Below are positions 11,446 to 20,977 of a stretch of DNA of 64,000 nt, in pieces. Origin of the DNA: an uncultured Gemmatimonadales bacterium (GTDB lineage Bacteria > Gemmatimonadota > Gemmatimonadetes > Gemmatimonadales > GWC2-71-9). The stretch covers positions 544,001-608,000 of the forward strand of contig CAVYSW010000010.1 in the NCBI GenBank assembly GCA_963771275.1, given 5' to 3'. Every line of letters starts with the position of its first letter. Within the stretch, counting starts at the first letter, position 1. The notes under the pieces are model-generated. The model did no database searches, was not told the DNA's origin, and was given only the letters and a program-made list of their open reading frames with translations. Made by a program: the position numbers and the translations under genes.

Positions 11446-11973
11446 CTACGATGTCCCGCGGTCGCCCGACGACGGGTCGCTCCGGGGGGGCAGCCCTGAC
11501 GTGTCCCAATCCACCGCCAGGGTGGCGTCCCGCGCATCCGCGAGCGGGAGCGTCACCAGCTCGCCTGTCCCGCGGAGCCGCAGCGTCACGACGTCCCGCG
11601 CGGGGCCGAGCCCGTCGATCGTGGCGCGCACGCGCCCGCGACCGGGAATCCGCACGTGCACGTCCCGGCCCGTGAACCGCTCCCAATGCTCCGGCCAGCG
11701 CACGGGCCGCTCGATGCCTGGGGACGACACCTCGAGCACGTAGCGCCGGCCCAGCGCCGCCGAGGCGTCGAGCCACGCTTCCAGCGCCCGGCTCACGGTC
11801 GCGCATTCGTCGATCGTGATGCCGTGGCCCGCGACGGCGTCGGCGCGATCCACCCGCACCTGCAAACGGGCGCGGGCCCCGGCCCCTCCCACCCGGAGGT
11901 CCACCAGCTCGAAGCCGAGCGCGGCCACTCGCGCGCGAATCTCGGCGGTCAACGCATCAGCCGTGGGCGGCAT
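11446..11973 (-). CDS. rimP: ribosome maturation factor RimP
   Basis: GITIDECATVS, YVLEVSSPGIERP. Confidence 0.95.
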   Translation of the reverse strand: MPPTADALTAEIRARVAALGFELVDLRVGGAGARARLQVRVDRADAVAGHGITIDECATVSRALEAWLDASAALGRRYVLEVSSPGIERPVRWPEHWERFTGRDVHVRIPGRGRVRATIDGLGPARDVVTLRLRGTGELVTLPLADARDATLAVDWDTSGLPPRSDPSSGDRGTS

Positions 11974-11988
11974 CACAGAACCGGACGG

Positions 11989-12017
11989 AAAAAAAAGCGC
12001 GGGCCAACTGCGCCCGC
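11989..12017 (-). terminator. rimP-leader hairpin plus U8 tract (attenuator-like)
   Basis: GCGGGC-GCAGTTG-GCCCGC-GC-TTTTTTTT between the promoter and the rimP start. Confidence 0.75.
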
Positions 12018-12030
12018 CGACTCAGGTGAC

Positions 12031-12059
12031 AAGATATCCCCCGGTTCGGCGAGGGTCAA
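12031..12059 (-). promoter_or_regulatory. sigma70 promoter of the rimP-nusA-infB operon
   Basis: TTGACC-N17-TATCTT. Confidence 0.8.
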
Positions 12060-12817
12060 GCGAGCGGAATGCCGAGGTAGGCCGCCATGCGGCCATCCGC
12101 GCCACCGGAGCGGCGGTGGGAGAAGAACCGCTCGGCGTGGTGCGCCGTGCACCAGCCGCTCTGGGTGACCGCCCGCACTCCGAGCCGGGCGGCGCGGCCC
12201 GCCAGCTCCGCACGCAGGTCGATCGGGTGCGGGCCCGCAGTCGGCCGGCCGTGGACGGCCTGATGCACCTCAGGGCCAACTTCATAACAAGCACCACAAA
12301 TGCTTACGCCACAGTGCATTATGATGTCAGCGACGGTCCCGTGTCCCACCGTGGCCAGGGCCTGAAGGCCGGACTCCAGCATGCCCGCCGCCGTCCCCCG
12401 CCAGCCCGCATGGAGGAGCGCCACCACCCGGGACGGCGGATGCAGCAGGTAGACGGGGACGCAGTCCGCCACCGTGACCAGGAGCAGGTTGCCCGGCCGT
12501 GCCGTCAAGTGGCCGTCGACGCCGTCTTGCACGAGCCACCCGGCGAGGACCGCGTCGTGCGGCGTGATCTGCGTGCCGTGCACCTGTCGGCCGAGCGCGA
12601 ACCCGCAGAACTGCGGCGCGAGGTCGGCGAACAGGCTGTGCCAGCGGTCGAGCACCAGCCCGGTCCGGTCCGCCGAGTGGAGGCCGAGGTCGAAGCCGTC
12701 GCCGCGCAGCGTGATGCCGGCCACCACGCCGTAGCGCTCGCGCCACGCGGCGAGCTCGAGCCGCCGGACGGTGCCGCTGACCGGCGCCTCGTCGACGCGG
12801 CGGGAGACCGCCGTCAC
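12056..12817 (-). CDS. pgeF: YfiH/PgeF family (purine nucleoside phosphorylase / peptidoglycan editing factor)
   Basis: QVHG, VADCVPV, HAGWRG, FFSHRR. Confidence 0.9.
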   Translation of the reverse strand: MTAVSRRVDEAPVSGTVRRLELAAWRERYGVVAGITLRGDGFDLGLHSADRTGLVLDRWHSLFADLAPQFCGFALGRQVHGTQITPHDAVLAGWLVQDGVDGHLTARPGNLLLVTVADCVPVYLLHPPSRVVALLHAGWRGTAAGMLESGLQALATVGHGTVADIIMHCGVSICGACYEVGPEVHQAVHGRPTAGPHPIDLRAELAGRAARLGVRAVTQSGWCTAHHAERFFSHRRSGGADGRMAAYLGIPLA

Positions 12818-14091
12818 ACCCGCTCGATCCGGGCGCCCAGGGCGCAGAGGCGCTCGTCGATGCGTTCGTAGCCGCGGTCGATCTGCCCGATGTTGTGGAT
12901 GGTGGTCTGGCCTTCGGCGGCGAGCGCCGCGATTAGCATCGCCATGCCGGCCCGGATGTCGGGGCTCTCTACGACCCCGCCGTGCAGCCTGCTGGGTCCG
13001 GCGACGACGACCCGGTGCGGGTCGCAGAGGACGGCCCGCGCCCCGAGGCCGACGAGCTTGTCCACGAAGTACAGACGGGATTCGAACATCTTCTCGAAGA
13101 TCAGCACCAGCCCCTCGCATTGCGTGGCCACGACCACCGCGATCGACGTGAGGTCGGCCGGGAACGCCGGCCAGGGGCCGTCTTCGATCTTCGGCACGTG
13201 ACCGCCGAGGTCGGGGCGCACGCGCCGCTCCTGCGAGGGCGGCACGTGCAGCACGTCGCCATCGAGGCGGGGCCGCACCCCGAGCCGATCGAACGGCAGC
13301 AGGATCGGCGGCAGGTCGTCCCCGCGGACGCCCTCGATCCGGATGTCGCCGTCGGTGACGGCGGCGAGCCCGAGGAAGCTCCCGATCTCGATGTGATCGG
13401 GGCCCACCACGGTGTCGGCGCCGTGCAGCGCTGGCACCCCGTCCACCGTGAGCACGTTGGTGCCGACCCCGCTAATCCGGGCGCCCATGGCCGCGAGCCC
13501 GCGGGCCAGGTCCTGCACGTGCGGCTCCGATGCGGCGTTGCGCAGCACCGTGCGTCCCTCGGCGAGCACGGCGGCCATGAGCGCGTTCTCCGTGCCGGTG
13601 ACGCTCGGCTCGTCGAGGAACACGTCGGCGCCGACCAGGTGGCGGGCGGTGACCTGGTACTCCCCGCCGACGTCCACTTCGGCCCCGAGCCGCTCGAACG
13701 CCAAGAAGTGCGTGTCGAGGCGGCGCCGGCCGATGACGTCGCCGCCCGGTGGGGGCAGCGTCACGTGCCCGAAGCGCCCGAGCAGGGGACCGGCCAGCAG
13801 GACCGACGCGCGGAGCCGCGCGCACAGGGCCGGATCGAGCGGCTTGGCCGTGACGCCGGCCGGGTCCACGCGTACGGCGTTGGGTGCGATCCAGGTGGCG
13901 GCGGCGCCCACGTCCGCGAGCAGCTCCAGCATGACGTCGACGTCGCGGATCCGGGGGACGTTGGCGATCACCGAGGGGCCGTCGGCGAGCAGCGTCGCCG
14001 CGAGCATGGGGAGCGCGGCGTTCTTGTTCCCGGCGGGCCGCACCGCCCCGCGGAGGGGATGGCCGCCTTCGACCACGAAGCGTTGCGACAT
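12814..14091 (-). CDS. murA: UDP-N-acetylglucosamine 1-carboxyvinyltransferase
   Basis: GNKNAALP, LRASVLLAGPLL, SVTGTEN, PDIRAG, IDRGYE. Confidence 0.96.
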   Translation of the reverse strand: MSQRFVVEGGHPLRGAVRPAGNKNAALPMLAATLLADGPSVIANVPRIRDVDVMLELLADVGAAATWIAPNAVRVDPAGVTAKPLDPALCARLRASVLLAGPLLGRFGHVTLPPPGGDVIGRRRLDTHFLAFERLGAEVDVGGEYQVTARHLVGADVFLDEPSVTGTENALMAAVLAEGRTVLRNAASEPHVQDLARGLAAMGARISGVGTNVLTVDGVPALHGADTVVGPDHIEIGSFLGLAAVTDGDIRIEGVRGDDLPPILLPFDRLGVRPRLDGDVLHVPPSQERRVRPDLGGHVPKIEDGPWPAFPADLTSIAVVVATQCEGLVLIFEKMFESRLYFVDKLVGLGARAVLCDPHRVVVAGPSRLHGGVVESPDIRAGMAMLIAALAAEGQTTIHNIGQIDRGYERIDERLCALGARIERV

Positions 14092-14097
14092 GCAGCA

Positions 14098-14127
14098 ACC
14101 ATACCGGTCGGCGCGGCACAGCGTCAA
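14098..14127 (-). promoter_or_regulatory. sigma70 promoter for murA (leaderless geometry)
   Basis: TTGACG-N18-TATGGT-N6-ATG, no Shine-Dalgarno. Confidence 0.7.
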
Positions 14128-14217
14128 GCGGACGCCGTTGACACTGGGGCCGCATGGCGGGAGTTTTCGCGGAGGCGCGCAACGCAGCGCGTCGGAGCGC
14201 TTTCCCCGGAGGTGTGC

Positions 14218-14667
14218 GTGACGGGCTGGCCGGCGGTGCTGACGGCGGTATCCACGTTCGTGATCGCGGCCGCGGTGTTGGTGCTCATGGTGGCCCTGGT
14301 GGTCGTCCTGCGTCGCCTGACCACGCTGTCGGCGAGCGTGACGCGCCTGGTGGAGACGGTGGACCGCGACGCGCGTCCGGCCATCGAGTCCGTGCGGCGC
14401 ACGGCCGAGGAGGCCAACCGGCTGGGAATGGCGATCCGGAGTGAGGTGGAGGGGTTCGCCGCAACGTCGAAACGGCTGCGGGATCGCGTGGAGCGCACGT
14501 CGCGCGCGCTGGAGGAGCGGTTCACCGAGCTCGAGACGCTGCTCGACATTCTCCAGGACGAGCTCGAGGATACCGTGCTCGACCTCGCGGCCGTGATGCG
14601 GACCACCCGGCGGGGCGCAGGGCTCTTTCAGGCGGCCAGGCGGGTGATCCTGGGGCGGAACCGCTGA
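14218..14667 (+). CDS. DUF948-like single-TM coiled-coil protein
   Basis: GGAGG RBS before GTG; N-terminal TM helix followed by an amphipathic coiled coil. Confidence 0.75.
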   Translation: MTGWPAVLTAVSTFVIAAAVLVLMVALVVVLRRLTTLSASVTRLVETVDRDARPAIESVRRTAEEANRLGMAIRSEVEGFAATSKRLRDRVERTSRALEERFTELETLLDILQDELEDTVLDLAAVMRTTRRGAGLFQAARRVILGRNR

Positions 14668-14677
14668 GCCCGTCCGC

Positions 14678-15625
14678 ATGACGTGGCGCACGCTCGCGAC
14701 GGGCGCCCTGCTCGCCGCGGCCGCGCTCGTGCTGCTCCCCCACGCGGCACACGCATGGACTCCCGGGACCCACATCTATCTCGGGGAAACGGTCCTCGCC
14801 AATCTCGCGCAGCTGCCGTCGGCGATCGCCACCCTGCTCCGCGCCTACCCCTACGATTTCCTCTACGGCAGCATCGCCGCGGACACGTCCACGGCGAAGA
14901 AGTACGCCCCCGTCGGGCGCCACTGCCACGCGTGGCACGTCGGGCAGGAGATCCACGACCGCGCCGACACGGACGCGCTGCGCGCCTTCGGCCTGGGATA
15001 CCTGTCGCACCTCGCCGCCGACACGGTGGCGCACAATTTCTTCGTGCCGCGCCAGCTGGTGGTCACGTCGACGACCATCGCGATCGGGCACTCCTATTGG
15101 GAAAGCCGCTTCGAGACACACCTGGGCGAGCACTTCGCGCGCAGCGCGATGGACGTGATCCGCATGGAGCACGGCGCCTCCGACGCGCACCTCGACCGGA
15201 TCCTGTCGCCCACGATCTTCTCCGTGCGCACCAGTCGTCGCCTGTTCCGCGGCATGGTCGGCCTCGCGGAGACGCAGAGCTGGCAGCGCGCGTTCCGCGC
15301 GGTGGCGGACCGCAGCCGGTGGGATCTGACCGACGATCTGGTCGAGCGGCAGATGTCCGTGGCGTTCCAGTGCGTCATGGACCAGTTGGCGCAGGGGACC
15401 GATGGACAGGCGCGCCGGCTCGACCCGTCCGGCGAGGCCTCGCTGCGCATGGCGAGACGGATGCGGCTGGAGGTGATGCGGAACCGGCTGCCCGGTGACC
15501 CCTATCGGCTGGCCCAGTTTGCCGACGAGCACTTCGGCCTGCCGCGCTGGTCGCTGGACTTCTGGGAGAACTCCGCCTCGCAGCGACCGTGGCGCGATCG
15601 CGCGCGCCGCAACGGCGACGGCTGA
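14678..15625 (+). CDS. zinc-dependent phospholipase C family protein
   Basis: Signal peptide AHA^W-TPGTH, GSIAAD, GYLSHLAADTVAH, HSYWE. Confidence 0.85.
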   Translation: MTWRTLATGALLAAAALVLLPHAAHAWTPGTHIYLGETVLANLAQLPSAIATLLRAYPYDFLYGSIAADTSTAKKYAPVGRHCHAWHVGQEIHDRADTDALRAFGLGYLSHLAADTVAHNFFVPRQLVVTSTTIAIGHSYWESRFETHLGEHFARSAMDVIRMEHGASDAHLDRILSPTIFSVRTSRRLFRGMVGLAETQSWQRAFRAVADRSRWDLTDDLVERQMSVAFQCVMDQLAQGTDGQARRLDPSGEASLRMARRMRLEVMRNRLPGDPYRLAQFADEHFGLPRWSLDFWENSASQRPWRDRARRNGDG

Positions 15626-15635
15626 CGCCGCCGGC

Positions 15636-17870
15636 TCAGGAGCCTTCCCACCCCCGCTCCAGTCCGGCGTACGCCACCAGCAGGAGCTTGGTCCCGACTT
15701 CGGCGTCGTCGAACTCCACTTCCACCTTGAGGTCGCGCCCGCGGCCGTCGAGGCCACGGATCGTGCCGGTCCCGAATCGCCGGTGGCGGACGCGCTCACC
15801 CTTCACGAAGCGTGGCGCGTCCTGCGACTCCTCCTCCACTTCGAAGGTCGTCGTGCCCGGTGGGTGGGCGGTGCCATCGAGCCACAGCGGGTGACCGGCG
15901 CGCGCCGCGAGGCGGCCATATCCCCCGAACACCCCGCTGCTGCGCCGCTCTTCGGCCACGCCCGGGGGGATCGCATCGAGAAAGCGCGACGCCGTGCCGG
16001 GAAGCAGCTGCCCGCCGCGACGCCGGGCCCGCGCCCACGTGAGGTACAGCCGGTCCCGCGCCCGGGTGATCGCGACGTACGCCAGCCGGCGCTCCTCCTC
16101 GGCACCCTCGACGGTCTCCAGGGCCCGGCTCAACGGAAAGAGGCCGTCCTCCAGGCCGGCCACCCCGACCACCGGCCACTCCAGCCCCTTGGCCGTGTGG
16201 ACCGTCATCAGGGTGATGCCCTCGGTGTCGCCCCCGGGCTGCTCCAGCGACGTACTGAGCGCTGCCGTGGCGAGGAACCGCTCGAGCGAGCTGCCCTGCT
16301 CCTCCGGATCTGGCTCCTCCGACCACTCCGCCGCCGCGGCCAGCAGCTCCCGGACGTTCTCGATGCGCTCCAAGCCCTCCGCCCCTTCGGCCTCGAGAAA
16401 CGTCTCGTATTCCACGGACGCGATCACGCGCTCCAGCAGACCGGCGGGCGTGGCGCCGCCGGCGTCACGGCGCAGCTGGGCGAGTAGGGCGGCGAAGTCC
16501 TGCAGGGCGCGGCGCGCCTGGGGTCGGAGCCCCGGAATGCGGTCCGCGATGGACGCCGTCTCCAGTAGCGGGCGCCGCCACTGGTGCGCCGCGTCCCGCC
16601 ACACCCGCAGGCTTCCCAGGCCGAGCCCCCGCTTGGGCACCTGGACCGCCCGGAGACAGGCTTCGTCGTCCGCCGGGTTGACCACGAGCCGGAGGTAGGC
16701 GATCAGGTCCTTCACTTCGCGGCGATCGTAGAAGCTGATCGCGCCCACGATCTGGTAGGGCAGCTCGGCACGCCGCAGGGCGTCCTCGAGGGCGCGCGAC
16801 TGCGCGTTGGTGCGGTACAGGATGGCACAGTCCCGATGGGCGTAGTGATCCTCCGCCACGCGGGCGGCCAGCTCGCGGGCCAGCCACTCCGCCTCGTCGC
16901 GCTCGTCCGCCGTGGCGACGATCGTGACGGGCACCCCCCCGCGCCGGACCGTGTAGAGCGTCTTGCCCAGGCGCTGCGTGTTCTCGGCGATCACCGCGTT
17001 GGCGGCGTCGAGGATGGTCTGCGTGGAGCGGTAGTTCTCCTCGAGGCGCACGAGCAGCGCGTCCGGAAAGTCACGCTGGAAGTCGAGCATGTTGCGCAGA
17101 TCGGCGCCGCGCCAGCTGTAGATCGACTGGTCGTCGTCTCCCACGGCGGTGATGTTGCCGTGCGCACCGGCGAGCGCCCGCACGATGAGGTACTGCGCCC
17201 GGTTGGTGTCCTGGAATTCGTCCACGAGGATCGCCTGGAACCGCTCCTGGTAGTACGCCAGCCGCTCCGGCTGCTCGCGGAACAGCGTCAGCGGGTGCAG
17301 CAGCAGATCGTCGAAGTCCATCGCGTTGGCGGCGCGCAGCGCGCGGTCGAGCGCGACATGGATGTCCGCCGCGACGCGCTCGATCCGTTCCGTGCCGGAC
17401 GCGGCCAGCTCCTCCGGCGGCACGAGCCGGTTCTTGGCGCCCGAGATGATCGACTGGATCACCTTCGGCGGGAAGGCCTTGATCGCGAATCCCCCTTGTT
17501 CCATCAGGCGCTTGATCAGGGCGAGGCGATCGTCCTCGTCGTAGATCGTGAACTGCGGGGTGAATCCGAGCAGGTGGGCCTCGCGCCGCAACAGGCGCGC
17601 GGCCAGCGAGTGGAACGTCCCGATCCACAGGCCCGTCGGCTCCCGCCCCAGCTGCGCCGCCACGCGATGGCGCATCTCCCGCGCGGCCCGGTTGGTGAAC
17701 GTCGTGGCAAAGAGCCGGTCGGGCCGGATGCCGCGGGCGGCGACGAGATGGGCGAGGCGGGCGGTGAGAACGCGGGTCTTGCCGGAGCCGGCGCCGGCAA
17801 GCACCAGAAGCGGCCCGTTGCCGTGCTCGACCGCGGCGCGCTGGGGCGCGTTGAGGGCAAGCGTGGTCAT
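15636..17870 (-). CDS. uvrD: UvrD/PcrA DNA helicase
   Basis: AGAGSGKT, VDEFQD, VGDDDQSIY, LEENYRS, HTAKGLE, EERRLAYVAITRA, C-terminal Tudor-like tail. Confidence 0.96.
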   Translation of the reverse strand: MTTLALNAPQRAAVEHGNGPLLVLAGAGSGKTRVLTARLAHLVAARGIRPDRLFATTFTNRAAREMRHRVAAQLGREPTGLWIGTFHSLAARLLRREAHLLGFTPQFTIYDEDDRLALIKRLMEQGGFAIKAFPPKVIQSIISGAKNRLVPPEELAASGTERIERVAADIHVALDRALRAANAMDFDDLLLHPLTLFREQPERLAYYQERFQAILVDEFQDTNRAQYLIVRALAGAHGNITAVGDDDQSIYSWRGADLRNMLDFQRDFPDALLVRLEENYRSTQTILDAANAVIAENTQRLGKTLYTVRRGGVPVTIVATADERDEAEWLARELAARVAEDHYAHRDCAILYRTNAQSRALEDALRRAELPYQIVGAISFYDRREVKDLIAYLRLVVNPADDEACLRAVQVPKRGLGLGSLRVWRDAAHQWRRPLLETASIADRIPGLRPQARRALQDFAALLAQLRRDAGGATPAGLLERVIASVEYETFLEAEGAEGLERIENVRELLAAAAEWSEEPDPEEQGSSLERFLATAALSTSLEQPGGDTEGITLMTVHTAKGLEWPVVGVAGLEDGLFPLSRALETVEGAEEERRLAYVAITRARDRLYLTWARARRRGGQLLPGTASRFLDAIPPGVAEERRSSGVFGGYGRLAARAGHPLWLDGTAHPPGTTTFEVEEESQDAPRFVKGERVRHRRFGTGTIRGLDGRGRDLKVEVEFDDAEVGTKLLLVAYAGLERGWEGS

Positions 17871-19033
17871 GCCGCGTGGAGCGGAATCTCGATCTCGAAC
17901 TCCGTCCCGGCGGAGGGCGCGCCCAGGGTCAGCCGACCATGGTGGATGTCTTCGACGATGCGCCGGGCGAGCGCCAGGCCGATGCCCCACCCGCCCTGCT
18001 TGGTCGTCACCCCGGGCTCGAACAGCCGGCCGCGGACCTCGGGGGCGATGCCCGGACCATCATCGTGCACCGCCACCCGGGCACACCGGTGGTCGCCGCT
18101 CACCCGGATGGCGATCGTCCCGCCGCGGCCACTCAGCGCGTCGATGGCGTTGCGGACCAGCGCCTCGAGCGCCCATTCGAGCAGCACCGGGTCGCCCGCG
18201 ACGAACGGCCCGGCGCTCGGCGCCCGGACGTCGATCGTCACCTGGTGCGCGTGCCGCGGCAGCCGCGGCCGGAAGTACGCCACCACGCGCTCGACCACGG
18301 CGCCCAGCGCGACTTGCTCGGGCCGCGTGGGCCGGCCGATGCGCTCGAATCGCTGCGCCACCCGGTGCAACCGGTCGAGGTCGGCGAGCAGGTGCCCCGC
18401 GATCTCCCCCGTGTGTCCCTCGCGCTCGAGCAGGCGATCGACCCAGGCGTTGGCGCTCATCAGGGGCGTGCCGAGCTGGTGGGCCGATTCCCGCGCCATC
18501 GCCACCCACAGCCGGTCGCGGTCCCGGTGCACGGCGGTGCGATACGCCCACAGACCGGCCGCCACCGCGCTCATGAGCAGGGCGAGCTGCAGGATGCCGA
18601 GGAGCTTGAGGCGCTGACCGATGGGCAGCGGGCCGTAGTGGATGCTGCCGAGGCCCGGCACGACGATCGGCGGGTTGACCCGATCCAGCTCGGCGACGAA
18701 CGCGGCGATGCGCGGGTCGTCGGGTGGCGCGGTGAACGGCAGGTTGGCGGTGTGGGCCGGCTGGCCGGCGCTGTCGGTGATCACGGCGGGGAGCCCCGTT
18801 TGCCTGATCTCCTGCACCACCTGCAGCAGGGCCTCGGTCTGGGCGCCGGCGGCCGTGTCGCCGAGGGCGGCGATCACCCGCCCGTAGATGCGGGAGGCCT
18901 GCGCCGCCTGCGTGCGCAGGTAGCGCGACAGGTTCCACGCCTGCCACAGCGAGACGCCGCTCAGGAGGATCACCAGTCCGAGCACGACCTCGGGGCCCAG
19001 CCGCCGCAGCCCCCACAGGGCGTTCAGCCTCAA
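17867..19033 (-). CDS. membrane sensor histidine kinase (orphan in this window)
   Basis: Two TM segments, ESAHQLGTP H-box, NAIDA, DDGPGI, TTKQGGWGIGL; TTG overlaps the serS stop. Confidence 0.92.
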   Translation of the reverse strand: MRLNALWGLRRLGPEVVLGLVILLSGVSLWQAWNLSRYLRTQAAQASRIYGRVIAALGDTAAGAQTEALLQVVQEIRQTGLPAVITDSAGQPAHTANLPFTAPPDDPRIAAFVAELDRVNPPIVVPGLGSIHYGPLPIGQRLKLLGILQLALLMSAVAAGLWAYRTAVHRDRDRLWVAMARESAHQLGTPLMSANAWVDRLLEREGHTGEIAGHLLADLDRLHRVAQRFERIGRPTRPEQVALGAVVERVVAYFRPRLPRHAHQVTIDVRAPSAGPFVAGDPVLLEWALEALVRNAIDALSGRGGTIAIRVSGDHRCARVAVHDDGPGIAPEVRGRLFEPGVTTKQGGWGIGLALARRIVEDIHHGRLTLGAPSAGTEFEIEIPLHAA

Positions 19034-20304
19034 CCGGCGACCAGACGTTCGGTGCCCAGATAGGGGACGAGCGCCTCCGGGATGTGCACCGAACCGTCCT
19101 CCTGCTGGTTGTTCTCGAGCAGCGCGATGATCGTGCGCGGAAACGCTACGCCCGACGCGTTCAGCGTATGCACGAAATCTGGCTTGGCCCCCGGGCCGGG
19201 GCGGTACCGAATGTTTGCGCGGCGTGCCTGAAAGTCCGTGAACGTGCTGGCGCTCGAGACCTCGAGCCACGTTCCCACGCCGCCCGCCCATGCCTCCAGG
19301 TCGTAGGTCTTGGCGCTGGCGAACCCGATGTCGCCGCTCGCCAGCAGCACCACGCGGTAGGGGATCTGCAGGCGCTGCAGCACCGCCTCGGCGTGGCCCA
19401 GCAGCTTCTCGTGCTCGGCGGGTGAGTCCTCCGGACGGGTGAACCGTACCAGCTCGACCTTGTCGAACTGGTGCACGCGAATCAGGCCACGCGTGTCCTT
19501 GCCGTGCGCCCCCGCCTCGCGCCGAAAGCAGGGCGTGTAGGCGGCGTAGCCGATCGGCAGGCGATCCCCGGCGAGGATCTCGTCGCGGTGGATGTTGGTG
19601 ACGGGGACCTCGGCCGTCGGGATCAGGTAGAGCCCGTCGGTCGTGACGTACATGTTGCTTTCCTTGTCCGGCAGCTGCCCCGTCCCCCGGGCGGCATCGG
19701 CGTTTACCAGCAGCGGCGGCGCGATCTCGACGTAGCCGTGCTCCCGGGTGTGCAGGTCGAGCATGAAGTTGACGAGCGCGCGGACGAGACGCGCCCCGCG
19801 CCCCGTGAATAGCGGGAATCCGGAGCCCGTGATCTTGGCCCCCGCCGGCAGGTCGAGCAATCCGAGCGCCGCGCCCAGCTCCCAGTGGGGCTTCGGCGCG
19901 AAGGCGAACGCCGGCGGCTCCCCCCACGAGCGCACCACACGGTTGGCGGACGCGTCGCCGGTCGGGATCTCGGCCTGCGGCAAATTGGGGATCTGCAGCA
20001 GCAGATCCGCGAGGGCGTGCTCCGCGGCGGCGAGCTGTTCGTCGTCCTGCTGCACCCGATCGGCTAGCAGCTTGAGCTGCTCCAGCAGCGCGGTCGGATG
20101 CTCGCCCGCCTTCTTGCGGAGGCCCACCTCGTGGGACTGCTGATTGCGCTGCGCTTTCAGCTGCTCCACGGTCCGCAACAGCTCGCGCCGGCGCCGGTCG
20201 AGGGCGACAATGGCGTCGATCGCTGCGCCGGCGTCCGGCGCGCGACGCGCGAGCGCCGCCCGCACGGCCTCAGGCGCTTCGCGAATCTGGCGAATGTCGA
20301 TCAC
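19030..20304 (-). CDS. serS: serine--tRNA ligase
   Basis: LIPTAEVP, FRREAG, GLIRVHQFDKVE, HTLNASG. Confidence 0.98.
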   Translation of the reverse strand: MIDIRQIREAPEAVRAALARRAPDAGAAIDAIVALDRRRRELLRTVEQLKAQRNQQSHEVGLRKKAGEHPTALLEQLKLLADRVQQDDEQLAAAEHALADLLLQIPNLPQAEIPTGDASANRVVRSWGEPPAFAFAPKPHWELGAALGLLDLPAGAKITGSGFPLFTGRGARLVRALVNFMLDLHTREHGYVEIAPPLLVNADAARGTGQLPDKESNMYVTTDGLYLIPTAEVPVTNIHRDEILAGDRLPIGYAAYTPCFRREAGAHGKDTRGLIRVHQFDKVELVRFTRPEDSPAEHEKLLGHAEAVLQRLQIPYRVVLLASGDIGFASAKTYDLEAWAGGVGTWLEVSSASTFTDFQARRANIRYRPGPGAKPDFVHTLNASGVAFPRTIIALLENNQQEDGSVHIPEALVPYLGTERLVAG

Positions 20305-20306
20305 GG

Positions 20307-20885
20307 CTACTGAGTGGGCAGCCCCGGTTCGAGTCCCCGGTACCCGCAATTCTCATCCACCAGAAACTCGAGCGTGACCGACCGCTCCTGACGGTCAATC
20401 GCGAGCACGTGGAATTTCCCGTAGCGGGGCAGCGAGCTGGAGAGGGTGCAGAGCGACGAGCTCGGGCGCGACCGGGCGACGAACACGGTGCCCTCGTCGA
20501 AGGTGAGCAGGCTGTCCGTCACGTAGCCGTCAAGCGGCGCGGACAGCACGTCGCCGAATGCCTGGTTCGAGCGCAGCAGACCGGGCGTCCCACTGAGGCC
20601 GAGCATGCCGGCCGGCCAGATGGCCGCCGCGCCGGTGGTGTCGAGGTCGAACGCAAAATCCAGCGGGTAGTCTCGATCGGTGCGCACCGCCGTCCCGCCC
20701 ACGACGTCGAAACCGCTCGGCAGATGGATCGACGTGCCGCTGAGCGCGTAGAGGGTGGTGGTGTCCACCAGATTCTCGATCCGCGAGGGCGGCAACGTCG
20801 TGCCGGTTCCGCACGCCGCCAGGGCCGGCACGGTGAGCAGCGCGACACGCGAGAAGAGTCGATATACCAATGAGATAGCCCGCAT
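20307..20885 (-). CDS. hypothetical lipoprotein
   Basis: Lipobox LAAC, beta-rich, Cys pair; start uncertain (20885 or 20870). Confidence 0.7.
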   Translation of the reverse strand: MRAISLVYRLFSRVALLTVPALAACGTGTTLPPSRIENLVDTTTLYALSGTSIHLPSGFDVVGGTAVRTDRDYPLDFAFDLDTTGAAAIWPAGMLGLSGTPGLLRSNQAFGDVLSAPLDGYVTDSLLTFDEGTVFVARSRPSSSLCTLSSSLPRYGKFHVLAIDRQERSVTLEFLVDENCGYRGLEPGLPTQ

Positions 20886-20898
20886 TCGGCGTGGCAGA

Positions 20899-20970
20899 AG
20901 CTTAGCCGTCGCCGGAGGGGCGGTCAACCTCCGGGATTCGCTTGACTTCGCTCGGGGCGCCGTCTAGCTT
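20899..20970. promoter_or_regulatory. back-to-back sigma70 promoters
   Basis: Minus: TTGACC-N17-TAAGCT (20899-20927). Plus: TTGACT-N17-TAGCTT-N7-ATG (20942-20970). Confidence 0.75.
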
Positions 20971-20977
20971 GGCGCGC

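Noticed and set aside
12279..12310. Possible dif site (TTATGAAGTT half-site)
   Set aside because: No XerC arm ending in ATAA at 6-bp spacing, and it lies within an intact gene
17867..19927. Apparent long N-terminal extensions in the ORF track (kinase, murA, gmk, gap, udg, secG and others)
   Set aside because: They run through the upstream gene in another frame; real starts sit at stop-codon overlaps, RBSs or promoters
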